Below, in pieces: positions 14,120-27,352 of a stretch of 64,000 nucleotides of DNA (within the stretch, counting starts at the first letter, position 1; each line of letters begins with the position of its first letter). Under the pieces are notes generated by a model. It had not been told where the DNA came from. It made no database searches and was given only the letters and a program-made list of their open reading frames with translations. Location: positions 39,494,001-39,558,000 of the forward strand of contig OX597834.1 in NCBI GenBank assembly GCA_951406725.2, given 5' to 3'. The translations under genes and the position numbers were made by a program. This DNA comes from Octopus vulgaris. Taxonomy: Eukaryota.

Positions 14120-14425
14120 AGCGTGGTTGAGTGGAGAGTATGGATATTCGGTTCATGATTGTAAGGTCGCGAGTTCACTATCCGGCAGCGTAGTCTGTCC
14201 TTGAGCAAGACATTTTATTACACGTTGCTCCAGTCCACTCAGCTGGCAAAAATGAGTCGTACCTGTAATTCAAACTCTGTGTCATGCTGAAATTTCCCTG
14301 TGAACTACGTTAAGGGTACATTTGTGTCTGTGGAGTGCTCAGCCACTTGCCCGTTAATTTTCACGTGCAGGCTGTTCCGTTGATCGGATCAACTGGAACC
14401 TCGTCGTCGTAACCGACGGAGTCCA
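14120..14425 (+). mobile_element. tRNA-derived SINE family C
   Basis: Degenerate A/B boxes, then ccttgagcaagaca and gctccagtccactcagctggcaaaaatgag; matches 14760 and 55512 copies. Confidence 0.8.
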
Positions 14426-14759
14426 CGATATGTTTATATATATGTATGTATGGATGGATGGATGGATGAATGTATGTATGTATGGATGGATGGATGGATG
14501 CATGCACGTATGTATGAATGTATGTACGTATGAATGTATGTATGTACGTATGAATGTATATATATGTATATATGTGCGTATGTATGTGTGTATGTATATA
14601 AGTATGTATATATGTATGTATTGATGGATGAATGGATGGATAGATGGATGAATGTACGCATGTATGTATGCATGAATATATGTATGTATGTGCGTATGTA
14701 TGTATATATGTATGCATGTGTATGTATGTATGTATGTATGTATGTATGTATGTATACAT

Positions 14760-15270
14760 GCACGCGTGACTTAGTGGTTAGATTACTCGGTTCACGATCA
14801 TATTGTCATGAGTTCAATTCCCAGCAGCGCAGCGTCTCTTAGAGCAAGACACTTTATTTTTCACGTTGCTCCAGTCCACTGAGCTGGCAAGAATGAGCTG
14901 AACCTGCATTTCAAAGGGTCGGCCTCTGTCACGGTGAATCTTCCTGAGAACTACTACCCTTTACCATTTAAACCGGCCACAATATCCTACTTGCTTCACG
15001 TTCAAACTGGCCAGATCTGACATCTCTCACCCATCCTGCAATGTCATTTTTATATAAACAATCGCATCATTGAAACCTCGAAGTGACAAGATAATACACA
15101 ATTTATCGAAAACAATGTGAATAAATAAGCATTACATTTGACAGAATAATCCGAACGCTAAAGGGTTAAGGGGACGCTTGTCTGTGGAATACTCAACCAC
15201 TTGCACGTTAATTTCACGAGCAGGCTATTCCGTTGATCATCCCATCTCGTGCAACCGACGGAGGACCAGT
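14760..15270 (+). mobile_element. SINE family C interrupted by a MITE
   Basis: SINE sequence resumes at ~15166 after the insertion. Confidence 0.8.
14957..15165. mobile_element. piggyBac-like MITE
   Basis: Termini ccctttaccatt / aacgctaaaggg; TTAA on the right; inserted at the gttaag site that is intact in the 14120 copy. Confidence 0.7.
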
Positions 15271-15795
15271 TTTTAAGATACAGCCAAACACCTGGTCACT
15301 AACCTATTTCACCTTGTTTATACTTTTTTCATTCTCATGTCCCTTCAGCCCAATCTATTAAGGGGCTTTCTTTCCTCCCCCCCTTTTTCTTTTCTCTCTC
15401 AGCAACTATCTAGTCGACCCCCCCCCCAACCAAACACTGCCGTACACAGCCGAACATTAACGCACACAGCCGAACATTAGCGTACACCGCCGCACTCCAA
15501 CGGAAATTAAATGTCCGGAATGCTGCTGTGATTCCAACCGATCCAAACTGCTTATTCTCACTCCCCCCCTTGGATCTTTCTCTCCAGTGGCGCTTCGCTG
15601 GATTAAATGAGAAAACTGAAATGACAAAGAGTAGGGGTGGGAGGCTGGAAATCTATTAGATCATTCGGAAAGTTAATTAATAAAACGTATGATAAATAAA
15701 TAAATGAATTAAGATACAAATTAATATGTCTTATCCTCCATAGATATCAAACCGCCTGCTTCTCGTTGTGCACACCTGTGCCTGAATTATGAGTG

Positions 15796-16028
<233 letters not shown>

Positions 16029-16203
16029 ATTTTGTATAATATTGTACATTTTGCATGAGTCTGTATATTTACGTGTTTATATGTACGTATGTATAATCAT
16101 ATATACACGTATATAAACGCACATATGTCTGTCTGTACGTATCTGTATATATGTACGTCTAAGCATATATATGTGTGTATGTATGTATATATGTATGTAT
16201 GTA

Positions 16204-16237
<34 letters not shown>

Positions 16238-16375
16238 CATGCATATATAAATATATAGATAGATACATACATACATACATATACATATATATATATTGAC
16301 ACACACTCACATATATATAGAGATAGATAGATAGATAGATATGAATATATATATTATATATTTATATGTATATAC

Positions 16376-16406
<31 letters not shown>

Positions 16407-16896
16407 GACGCACACACATACACGCACATGCATACATACACAGACACACACACATATAATGATGTACATGCACACACAGACTCTCCTTTTACTTCATCAT
16501 TTTAATGCTTCACAACCCACCACCACCACCACCATCATCATCATCCCCGCCATCATCACCACCACCACTACCATCCCACCACCTCCTCCCCCTCACCCAT
16601 ACACTGCCCCCCCCCACCGCCACATCACCAGTCCTTTAACTCGATGCACACTCTTTGATCACTCTCCTCCGAGCTCCCTCCTCGCCCTCCTTCCTTCCTT
16701 CTTTGTAATCTCCTCCTCTCACCCTTTTCTCCCAATATTTCCAAGACATTAGGCTATTATTTCAATACACAAGACCCAGTTCTCAGCTGGAACACAGCGT
16801 TGACTAAGATTCATGTTAGTTTCGTTCGCAACGCTTACTTTTCGTTATTGTTGTCGTGTTGCGAATGTTCTTGTTATTATTGCCTTGTTACGACAG

Positions 16897-16945
16897 TCAT
16901 CATCATCAGCAGCAGCAGCAGCAGCATTATTATTATTATTATTAT

Positions 16946-16982
<37 letters not shown>

Positions 16983-16983
16983 T

Positions 16984-17028
<45 letters not shown>

Positions 17029-17065
17029 TCACCGTCATCATCATCATCATCATCATTTCTTATTA
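16897..17065. repeat. Compound (CAT)(CAG)(TAT)(TAG) trinucleotide repeat
   Basis: Directly visible. Confidence 0.9.
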
Positions 17066-17067
17066 CT

Positions 17068-17283
17068 AAGGGGGCGAGCTGGCCGAATCGTTAGCACGCC
17101 GGACAAACTGCCTTGCCACATTTTCGTCCGTCTTTATGTTCTGAGTTCAAATTCCGCCGAGGTCGACTTTGCCTTTCGTCCTTTCGAAGTCGATAAATTA
17201 AGTACCAGTTGAGTACTGGAGGTCAATGTAATCGATTATCCTCTTTCTCCAAATTTCAGGCTTTGTGCCTACAGTAGAAAGGA
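17068..17283 (+). mobile_element. SINE family A monomer with alternative tail
   Basis: Head and core match; tail ...ctttgtgcctacagtagaaa. Confidence 0.85.
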
Positions 17284-17826
17284 TTAATTCTGTTGATGAT
17301 ATTGTTGTTGCTGCTGCTGCTACTGCTGCTGCTGCTACTTCTACTGTTATGTCGCCCAATAGATGAACAACAAACACAATCGCTGATCATCCTGTCATGT
17401 GACACACATAAACTGGACAAGCATTGGCATAATTATAGTTCATACGGTCAGCTGACCCTTATACGCGGGCGTCACGGAGAACTGAACCAAATTCTCTATT
17501 TGACCTCGTCGACACATCGTAGTCACACATACAGTATTACAAATAATGGCAACTTAAGCCATAATCTCTATAATAGGGAACAAATATTTTCAGCCCCGAT
17601 CAGAATCGTGACCGTTGCAGTACAACTCCACTTCCTTTTATCTAACACCTTTGGAAATCAGCAAATTGTGAAACTGATCATGTTAATGTAAATAAAACTT
17701 CATAAGAACTCCAAGTGCATTTTCAACTTTACTTCTTTATACATATTTTCGTATGCAAAAGTAGTTGTTTTTTCTTTCAATTTCTCTTGCGTGCGCATAT
17801 GTGTATGTCTGTCTGAATGTATGCAT

Positions 17827-17873
<47 letters not shown>

Positions 17874-18722
17874 CATATATATATAGATAGATATTACACA
17901 CGCATACACATCGTAAAACCACACAAGCTCAATGAACTTATCCCTTCTTTATTGTTTCAGAACCGCTTGTCTGTTTCTATCTTGTTTCTTCGAAACACGA
18001 GACTTGAGTCATAATCCACCATAATATCAAAAGTCCAAGCAAATTTGGAGTCCCTCCATGACAAACACCGTCGAATTTCATCGCTATCTATATCACGGCT
18101 GTTGCTGCTTCCACAAAATTTTTGGATGTGTAACTTGTTGCTGTTGATGTCAAACATAAAACCTCCCCTCCTCTCCCCCTCTCTCTATCCCTCTCTCCCC
18201 CTCTCTTTCTCTGATAATTTTCCTGATATTTTCCCCGTTATGAATTCGTATTAGTCATCGCAGTTCTCATTGTTGCTGTTACGTCACAAAGTTTTATGTC
18301 GCTCTTGTGGTCATTAATGCATAATTGACCGCATGAAATATCCGCTTCCTTTATGCGTCTTCACTCAGGCCAAACGACTGGCCAGCGAACGCAAGCTTTA
18401 CTACAATATAAACCATATTTATTAACACTGGCCATAATGGGTTGCTACTCAGTAAATACCCCCACCCCTGCTACAAAACACCCCCACCCCCACCCCACGG
18501 TCCACCACTACTGCCGATTGTTTACCAAAAATATACCATCACCCTTCTTTCCTGCTCCAGCCGCCGCTGCCTCATTCGCTGAAGGAAGCATTTGTGTATG
18601 TGTATTTGTGTGTGTGTGTGTGTGTGTATTTGTGTGTGTATGTGTGTGTTTATGTGGTGTGTGTGTGTGTTTATGTGGTGTGTGTGTGTGTTTATGTGGT
18701 GTGTGTGTGTGTGTGTGTGTAT

Positions 18723-19048
18723 TCTTTATTCTTTTATTCTTTTGCTTGTTCCAGTCATTCGAATGCGGCCATGCTGGAGTGCAGCCAAAAAGAATTTTTA
18801 GTCGAACAAATCGACACCAGGACGTATTCTATCGGTTTCTTATGCCCGAAATATTAAGTTGCAGGGACGTAAATACACCAACATAGGTTGTCAAACGATG
18901 GTTGGGGTGGGTAGGGGCAAACAAAAACACATGCACATACGCAGAGAGACATATAATATATATATATACTTATATATATATACATATATATATATGTATA
19001 TATACATTGAATGTATATATATGTCTGTGTGTATTTGTATATATATAA

Positions 19049-19101
<53 letters not shown>

Positions 19102-19232
19102 ACAAGCTTCTTTTAGTTTCCGTCTACCAATTACACTCACAAGGCTTTGGTCGGCCCAAGGTGCCATGCTGTGGGACTGAACCCGGAACCATGTGGTTGG
19201 GAAACAAGCTTCTTACCACAAAGCCGTGCCTA
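18723..19232 (-). mobile_element. SINE family B with internal (TA)n
   Basis: tRNA-like head at ~19165-19232, tail at ~18723-18780. Confidence 0.85.
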
Positions 19233-19547
19233 TAGCTTTCATCTTTCATCGTTTGCTTCAATCATTAGACTGCGGTCATGCTAGGGCACCGCCATGAATT
19301 TTTAATCGAACGAATCAACCTCATGGCTTATTTTGTAAAGCCTGGTAGGTACTTATTCTATCGGTCTCTTTCACCAAACCGCTTAATTACTGGGATGCAA
19401 ACACACCAACACCGGTTTGTGGAGAGCTCAGTCACTTCCTCGTTACTTTCACGATCCTTTCATGTCCTGTCGTAGTAAGCGATGGAGTGCCGCTGCCACT
19501 CATTGCTTCAATCCAGTTCGTTAAAAATAGGCAGAAAACAAAAGCTG

Positions 19548-19785
19548 GTACAGTAATCCCTCGCCATATCGCAGATCGCCTATCACGGTTCACTTATCGC
19601 GGTTCACTTATCACGGTTCATTATATAAGCTTACATCGATTCATCCGTGGTGTTGTTCTGCACTTATAGTAAATAAATATATACAAATTATAAAAACAAT
19701 AAAAAGATATATACAGTACAGTGCTGTTTCTACTTCACGGATTTTCACCTATCGCGGTGGGGTTTGGAACATAACACCCGCGTTA
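19548..19785 (+). mobile_element. Tigger/pogo-like MITE fragment
   Basis: TA|CAGTAATCCCTCG start and tatcgcggttcac subterminal repeats; right end missing. Confidence 0.55.
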
Positions 19786-19906
19786 GTCGATCCACTGACA
19801 TCCCTTTCACGAAGTGTTGGGGATCCATATCGCTAGGAAATCGTGCTATGGGAACCAGGCTAAATTTTGGTCAGAGAAGCCTGTAAGCTTGTGCTAAACC
19901 TATTTA

Positions 19907-19966
<60 letters not shown>

Positions 19967-19996
19967 CAAAATAAGCAACAAGGATATTCAGAGGTA

Positions 19997-20085
19997 ATGC
20001 AGTACGATCGTTTCATGCAACTCCATTTAATCGAACAATGCAATCATTACATCAATTTAAAATGTAGAGCAATCTTCAGCTGCAC
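19997..20085 (-). ncRNA. Minimal type-I hammerhead ribozyme motif (mirror copy)
   Basis: Same elements as 20140-20228 on the minus strand. Confidence 0.65.
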
Positions 20086-20139
20086 AAAGACATAGAATTT
20101 GTGTCCATCTGTACTAATTTAATTAAATTCTATGTCTTC

Positions 20140-20228
20140 GTGCAGCTGAAGATTGTTCTACATTTTAAATTGATGTAATGACTGCATTGTTCAATTAAAT
20201 GGAGTTGCATGAAACGATCGTACTGCAT
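20140..20228 (+). ncRNA. Minimal type-I hammerhead ribozyme motif
   Basis: GUGCAG-CUGAAGA-[long imperfect stem II]-GAAA-C(GAUC)G-UA-CUGCAU: 6-bp stem I, intact core, palindromic tetraloop stem III, GUA site. Confidence 0.7.
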
Positions 20229-20540
20229 TACCTCTGGATATTCTTGTTGCTTATTTTGATTTTAATCACCTTATTTTGAAATTATATGGATAATACCGTG
20301 TTAAATTCTGGTGCCTCAACTTAAGTACCATATTCATCAGAACATATATATATATATACATACATATATAGTCAATCCAAACATGAACAAGCAACAAAAA
20401 AGCAACAACTCGAGGACGTTGAATAAGTGCAGGGTTTTTTGGACGCTCAGGAAAGGAAAGAAAAGAAAGAGGATTTCACAAATATAGAAAAAATCCAAAG
20501 AAAATCACCAACAATACATGTATGTCTGTGTGCATGTATG

Positions 20541-20587
<47 letters not shown>

Positions 20588-20633
20588 GTTTAAATATTTG
20601 TTGTGCAAGATTTTTTCTATATATATATATATA

Positions 20634-20818
<185 letters not shown>

Positions 20819-20973
20819 TGTGTGTGTGTATACATTATAAACACGCATGCACACATACACACAGAGAAAATGTAGGTTTTTGTATCCATTGTACACATAC
20901 ACACACACAAATATATACTTCTTTTCAAAATAATATCTGCTCTCATATGTCCATGCTGCATGCACACATACAC

Positions 20974-21017
<44 letters not shown>

Positions 21018-21633
21018 GTACACACACACACGTACAAACACACACACACTCACGCGTATATATATAAAGAAAGTATACAGAAAAGCGAAGCAGTGATTGA
21101 TAGAGACGGCCCGGGTGGGAGAGGGTAAGGATGCGTGTGCATGTGAGTGTATGTATGTGTGTGTGTATATGTGTGTGTAGTCACAGTCACACTTGAGTGA
21201 TCTTATGAAGTGAAACGGTCATGCTTAGTTAACAATTATCCCTGAATGGCTGCAGGATCGCTTGATTACGTCTGCTACGCTAGACACGAACAAGGCATCA
21301 AGTAGATGGCTTCTCTTGCTAAAGAGAGACTAGTGATGATACGCTAGTTTTCCCGCGCTACCTACACCATTAGAAGGAGCGTGTGCATATGTATATGCAT
21401 ATGTATACATATATATATATATATATATATGTATGTATATATCCATATATGTGTTTGCATGTATGCGCGTGTGTAAAGGGGCTAGCCGTCTCCCTTTCTC
21501 TTTCTTTAGCCCTTTTCATCTTTAATTCCCCGCCGTTTATTATAAACTGTATTCTTTACGTGTAACGAATTGATTATTATTATTGTTGTTGTCGTTCTTA
21601 TCCTTCTCCTTCTTCTTCTTCTTCTTCTTCTTC

Positions 21634-21682
<49 letters not shown>

Positions 21683-21832
21683 CATTGTATTTTTACGAAA
21701 AAAAAGTTAATGCATCTATTGTATTTATAGGTCCTTGTGGCTAAAAAAGAAAGTCTTTTTTTCTCTACCTTTTTCTTGTTGTTGATGCTGTTTGCTGTTG
21801 TTGTAGTTGTTGTTGTTGTTGTTGTTGTTGCT

Positions 21833-22461
21833 AAGGCGGCGAGCTGGCAGAATCGTTAGCACGCCAGGCAAAAATGCTTAGTAGCATATCGTCCGTCTTT
21901 ATCTCCAGAGTTCAAATTCCATCGAGGTGGTCTTTGCTTTTTTTCATCCCTTTCGGCGTCACCGCAATATCCCCACCACCACCACCACCACCATCATCAT
22001 CACATCAAGTGTTTTGCTTAGGTGTAGCTGTTGGCTATTTAATATTTATTTCTTTATTGCCCACGGGGGGCTAAACAGAGAGGGGACAGACAAGGACAGA
22101 AAAAGGGATTAAATCGATTACATCGACTCCAGTGCGTAACTGGTACTTATTTAATATACCCCGAAAGGAAGAAAGGCAAAGTCGTCTTCGGCGGAATTTG
22201 AACTCAGAACGTAGTGGCAGACGAAATGCCGCTAAGCATTTTACAGAAACGTGTGCTAACGTTTCTGTCAGCTCGCCGCCCTCTTGGCTTTTTAATATTC
22301 ATTTCTACTCAAGGCACAAGGCCCAAAATTTTAGGGGAGGGGGCTAGTCGATTAGATCGACCCCAGTACGCAACTGGTATTTAATTTATCGACCCCGAAA
22401 GGATGAAAGGCAAAGTCGACCTCGGCGGAATTTGAACTCAGAACGTAAAGACAGACGAAAT
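21833..22461. mobile_element. Cluster of three SINE A copies (+ 21833-21960; - 22046-22281; - 22303-22461)
   Basis: Head and core motifs match. Confidence 0.85.
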
Positions 22462-22507
22462 AGTTGGCTATTGCTTTGTTAATGAGCGTAGTTATTTTGT
22501 CTTTGTG

Positions 22508-22657
22508 ACGGGCTTCTTTCAGTTTCGTCTACCAAATCCACTCACAAGGCCCGAGGCTATAGTAGAAGACACTAGCCCAAGGTGCCACGCAGAGGGACTG
22601 AACTCGAAACAATGTGGTTGGTAAGCAAGCTACTTACCACACAGCCACTCCTGCGCC
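22508..22657 (-). mobile_element. SINE family B, 5' half
   Basis: Reverse complement of aggcgcaggagtggctgtgtggtaagtagcttgc head. Confidence 0.85.
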
Positions 22658-22742
22658 TAAACAAAATAGTAATTTTGAAAGAAGTATCTATAAAGCTAAT
22701 TTTTAAGCATCGAATAACTATGGGATTGGGGGCCCACCAGAA

Positions 22743-22805
22743 TAGGGGCATACACGGTAGGGGTATACACGGTAGGGGCATACACGGTAGGGGCATACAC
22801 GGTAG
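22743..22805. repeat. 15-bp tandem repeat (taggggcatacacgg) x4
   Basis: Directly visible; one variant base. Confidence 0.95.
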
Positions 22806-23299
22806 TTGGTTTATTTGACAGCATTTGGTCGATCTCGCCGAAAGCAGTCTTCCTTGCTTAGTACAGTTCTTAATATAATTTCGTTGATGTTTTCCCCTAT
22901 TCTGACGCCAAGACGTTTCTCAAATAATCAGAGCTCTCGTCTCGTTTCGAGATTGTTCCATCAAGTTTTATGTTAAAAAACTGGTGGTACTTTTTTTCTT
23001 TGAGAGAAGAAAAAAAATACTATAGAATAATACTATATGTGCCATTAACGCCTTTGCGGTGCCAACCATAAAATATTGCTTTGTACTGAGCAGGAGATGT
23101 CATTCTTAGATTCCAGGGATTGTTATATGAGAAGTCTTTGAAAGCCAGACGTTTATTGCACAGTAAGTTTAACACCCAACAGTCACGCCTCCTGAAATGC
23201 GATGGTGGTAAGAGATACTTTAACACCAAGGAGCATTATCAGAAGGCCCCATTACTCCATTACTCCAGTAAGGTTCTCAATTACCTTGACAGTTTACAA

Positions 23300-23844
23300 C
23301 AGCGGTTCTCAACCGGGGTCCAAATGGCCCTTGAGGGCCCATATAAGATCTTGTGTTAAAATTTATGGGCAAAACATTGCTTACACTTCTGCAATATACA
23401 AAATATTTTGATAATTTTTTTTTATACAATAATATTTTATAATAATATTTAATGGAAGCGCGTGGCTTTTAGTGGAAGCGCGTGGCTTAGTGGTTAGGGT
23501 GTTGGACTCATGATCGTAAGATTGTGGTTTCGATTCCTGGATCGGGTGATGCCTTGTATTCTTGAGTAAGTACTTCACTTCACCTTGCTTCGGTCCACCC
23601 AGCTGTAGAAATGAGTTTAGCCTGAAGAGGGATGCGCTCCGTCGGGTTTTCTCACCCTAGAAACGCTGTATGGTTGCAACGCCCCAACGAACCCCAGAGG
23701 ATTAAGGGAGTTGTCGATTGTCAATAATATATAATTATAAAGATATAAGAAGAATTTTTAAATATCGGATGGCTATGCGGGTACACCTGAGTAGAATAAG
23801 AATCAAAAGGGCCCATATGTTAAAAAAATGGTTGAGAACCCCTG
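23300..23844. mobile_element. hAT (Charlie-like) non-autonomous element with nested SINE C (~23455-23615)
   Basis: TIRs cagcggttctcaacc / ggttgagaacccctg; exact 8-bp TSD gtttacaa at 23292-23299 and 23845-23852. Confidence 0.9.
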
Positions 23845-24039
23845 GTTTACAAGAAGGCCTGTTACGTTTCATTTGTTGACTGTAATCGTGAAAAAAAAGG
23901 CAGCAAAAAACTGTCAATAACAACAAAATGTTCTCTAGAAATTGGTTTAGACGTCGAATAGCAAAAGTCTAGAATCTATATTAACAGCAAAAATGGTCGC
24001 ACTGGTTGTTCATGGATCAACTGAGGTGAAAAGTCCTAT

Positions 24040-24450
24040 GACTTTTCTGGGAAGTCTCCTCCTCATCGGAATTTTCCAGGAGATCTTCGGACTTTTACAG
24101 GAAGTATCCTCCCCACCTCCCCATCCTAGAACTTTTCCTGGTAATCTCGACCCCATCCTCGAAACATTCCACGGAGTCCCAGGACGTTTCCAGGTAATCT
24201 CGTCCCCATCCTCGGAACGTTCCAGGAAGTCCTCGGATTTTCCATGAAGTCTCCTCCCCTTCCTCGGAGTCCTTCCCCTCCCCCTTCCTCCCCTCCTCTC
24301 TCCTTTCTCGGAAATTTCCATGAAGTCCTTCCTCCCTTCGTCCCCTTCCCCCTCCTCAGAACTTTCCGAGAAGTCCTCCCTCCCCTTCTTCCTCCTCGGA
24401 ACTTTTCAGGAAGTCCTTCCCCTCCTCGCCTTCGTCACCTTCCTGGCAGG
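24040..24450. repeat. Degenerate C-rich repeat (ggaactttccaggaagtcctcc-like units)
   Basis: Recurring cctcggaac...ggaagtcc motifs. Confidence 0.6.
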
Positions 24451-24997
24451 GATATAAGATTTAACAATTTTTCGATCTCTCTGCCCCTACCTCTCTCTCT
24501 TTTCTCCCCACGTGTCCGTTGTTCAACCAGGCCTGACCTTTCTTTCTTGGTTCGACTACCTTCCGTGCAACATCTATATTCCTCCGTTGTTAAATCTTAT
24601 GTCCCTGCCGTAAGGCTTTATTTCCACACATGCCAGCTTAATTCAATTTGTCCTTAGTCGAAAGACACCTGTTGTTATGTCCTGTTATTATTATTTTTAT
24701 TGTATTTGTGTAACATTTCTGTTTTCTCCGTCCTTGTTTTCGTATACATTCGCTACTTTTTTCCAAGGAATCTAATGCACTTAGCTTATTTTTCCTTGGG
24801 GCTGGCCAGATTGGAGCAATCTCAAGTATAAGCAACCGAAATTGCAAAAATAATCTGGAACTCGACTGAAGAAAGAAAACTCCAAATGACCCGTCTTTGT
24901 TTTCCGTATATTGTCTGTCTGGATATTTTGTGGTCCCTTTTTTGTATCACGTAACTGTTTAGATGTTTTGTGTTCTGGTCCCATTTTTACATTTTAT

Positions 24998-25070
<73 letters not shown>

Positions 25071-25159
25071 CACACACACACACACATGCAGTACACAATA
25101 CATGCATACATACACACATACATACATACATACATACATACATACATACATACATACAA

Positions 25160-26478
25160 TCATTTGTATCTCTGTTCCCAATGCATTCTCAAACGGCTCA
25201 ACCGAAACAAATCAAATTTTACATGGTATATACTATGAGACTCCAGGAATGTCAACATGTATTTTTGGTGGATCAATTTTACACTGCATACGAAAATACA
25301 GACATACTATACACGGTACGTTATTAACCACACTCACACATCTACGCGTGCGTACCTGACGACTGACATGCGTAAAGTGTCAATACGAAATTTTATTTTC
25401 ACTTCCTTTAAAACAATACATAATTACTGTTCCATTCCGGTTGATAATTATCGCAGCAGTTGCAAGGTTGGAAGGTAAAATATAAAGTTCTTTCTCTTCC
25501 CGTACACGTGCTTGTATTTCCTTAATTTTCACTGCATACAAAAGTACAGACATCGTATTACGGTACGTTATTAAACACACACATATACATACCTTACGAC
25601 TTCATTTTTTTATTAACCACACAGGGTCGAAACACAGAGGGAACAACACAAGGATAGAAAAAACACAAAGGTGAGGGAAAAATAAAATCGAACGAAAAGA
25701 ATGGTGGTGATAAATCAAAAGGTGGAATGACGTCTACTCGAACCCTAAACTCCAGTTAACGTCATTGAACGGTTTTCGAAAAAAAAATTTAACACGTGTT
25801 ATTTTATTTTTGTCTCTTTCTCCTTGTTGTGTGTGGCTTGTGTTTTATACTTAATGGACGACTGACTGAAGTTCAGGTTGGCCTGTGTCAATACGAAATT
25901 TTATATCCATTTCTTTGGAAACAATACATATTTTCTGTTCCATTACCAGGTGATAATTATCGCAGCAGTTGCAAGGTAAGATATAAAATTCTTTGTCTCT
26001 CTGTAATTAATCATTGTGGCATTTACCGTTAAATTAGCAGTTCCATACATGTGCTATTTCGTTCATTTCCTTATGTTTCATAAATTTACACAGCATACAA
26101 AAATACGGACATACTATATACATACAATTGCTTACAAAAATAGAGATTAGTGTATAGTTTTTTCTATGTTCATAATTTTATGTTAACAATATTGAAAAAA
26201 TATTCCACCAAAGAATAGACGTAATCCCTCCAGAAACACGAATAAAGCGAGGACGAATGTAGAAAACAAAGGCGAGTGTCTCGACAGAGAAAGGAGATGA
26301 GACTTTCTCAGGGTCAACAGAGACATGCTGCAGCACGGGAAATGTAGTCTCAAGAGATAAGGGTGATGAGATTTTCCCAAGATCAGCTGAGAGCATGCTG
26401 CAGTTCTTAATGCTGAGTCATTAGAACAAAGTTTAGCACGCCAGATTAGACAGAGATCCAATACGATATCTCTCAGAA
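25160..26478 (+). mobile_element. Decayed Helitron 5' region with internal duplications and start of a RepHel-like ORF
   Basis: Duplicated blocks 25378-25470/25887-25978; STPR-like translation at 26202-26478. Confidence 0.5.
26202..26478 (+). pseudogene. STPR-like repeat N-terminus, Helitron RepHel-like, frameshifted
   Basis: PPKNRRNPSRNTNKAR / RKEMRLSQGQQRHAAAREM*SQEIRVMRFSQDQLR / HAAVLNAESLEQSLARQIRQR. Confidence 0.55.
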
Positions 26479-26482
26479 ATAA

Positions 26483-26710
26483 AAGGCGGCGAGCTGGCAG
26501 AACCTGTTAGCACGCCGGGCGAAATGCTTAGCGGTATTTCGTCTGCCGCTACGTTCTGAGTTCAAATTCCGCCGAGGTTGACTTTGCCTTTCATCCTTTC
26601 GGGGTCGATAAATAAGGTACCAGTTTCGCGTATTGGGGTCGATGTAATCGACTTAATCCCTTTGTCTGTCCTTGTTTCTCCCCTCTACGTTTGTGGGCAG
26701 TAAAGAAATA
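26483..26710 (+). mobile_element. SINE family A
   Basis: Full head, core and tail. Confidence 0.9.
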
Positions 26711-27088
26711 TATATGTATGTATGTATGTTTATATCTACGTGTGTGAGTGTCTAAGTGCGTGTTTAGCTTTGTGTGTGTGTGTGTGTATGTTGCTGTGTC
26801 GGTATCCGCCATACCTATGTGCCAATAATAACGATCACCAATATCTGTTGCTACTGTCCTACTATTCACTGATTGTTTATAAACCTGAGATGTAATCTCA
26901 ACCTCAGCGTCATCAAAACAGGCCGATATTTTCCCGCCCTCTTTTATCTCCTTAAACCTCTTTACATGATATTTACCGTCTGCCGACGACAACAACTATG
27001 ACACTTAAGAGAGAGAAGAAAAAAACAAACCAACGCGGTTCGTCTGTTTGTTATAGCAAACGTATAAAAGTGTGTGTGTGTATACTGT

Positions 27089-27352
27089 GGAGGCACATGG
27101 CCTTGTGGTTAGAGCAGTGGGCTTGCGGTTGAGGGATCGCGGGTTCGAATCTCCGAGTGATGTGTGTGTTTATGAGCGAAACACCTAAGCTCCAAGCGGC
27201 TCCAAGCTGACTCCTTCGCCACAACTTTCTCTCCCTCTTTCCTCCTGCATCTTGCAGCTCACCTGCGACGGACAGGCGTCCCGTCCAGGTGGGGAACCTA
27301 TACGCCAAGGAAACCGGGAAACCGGCCCTTATGAGCCAGGCATGGCTCGAAC
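27089..27352 (+). mobile_element. tRNA-derived SINE family D
   Basis: A box tggccttgtgg, B box ggttcgaatc; tail gaaaccgggaaacc; homolog at 62510-62806 (-). Confidence 0.8.

Larger units (their letters stand above)
19964..20261. repeat. Long inverted repeat, 137-bp arms, 24-nt spacer
   Basis: 19964-20100 is the reverse complement of 20125-20261 with 6 transition mismatches; (TA)n nearby on both sides. Confidence 0.95.

Noticed and set aside
20298-20344. Minus-strand UGUU-CUGAUGA...GAAU-UU-AACA motif
   Set aside because: GAAA is broken and stem III is absent; too degenerate to call.
22743-22805. Short direct repeats here and at 49016-49090 as CRISPR arrays
   Set aside because: No spacers, no cas genes, eukaryotic context.
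23050-23299. Possible decayed hAT transposase flanking the MITE
   Set aside because: Weak resemblance with no diagnostic motif.
27089-27160. tRNA-like heads (also 23477, 53968, 55512, 62735) as tRNA genes
   Set aside because: A and B boxes are present, but there is no complete cloverleaf and each continues into a SINE-like body.
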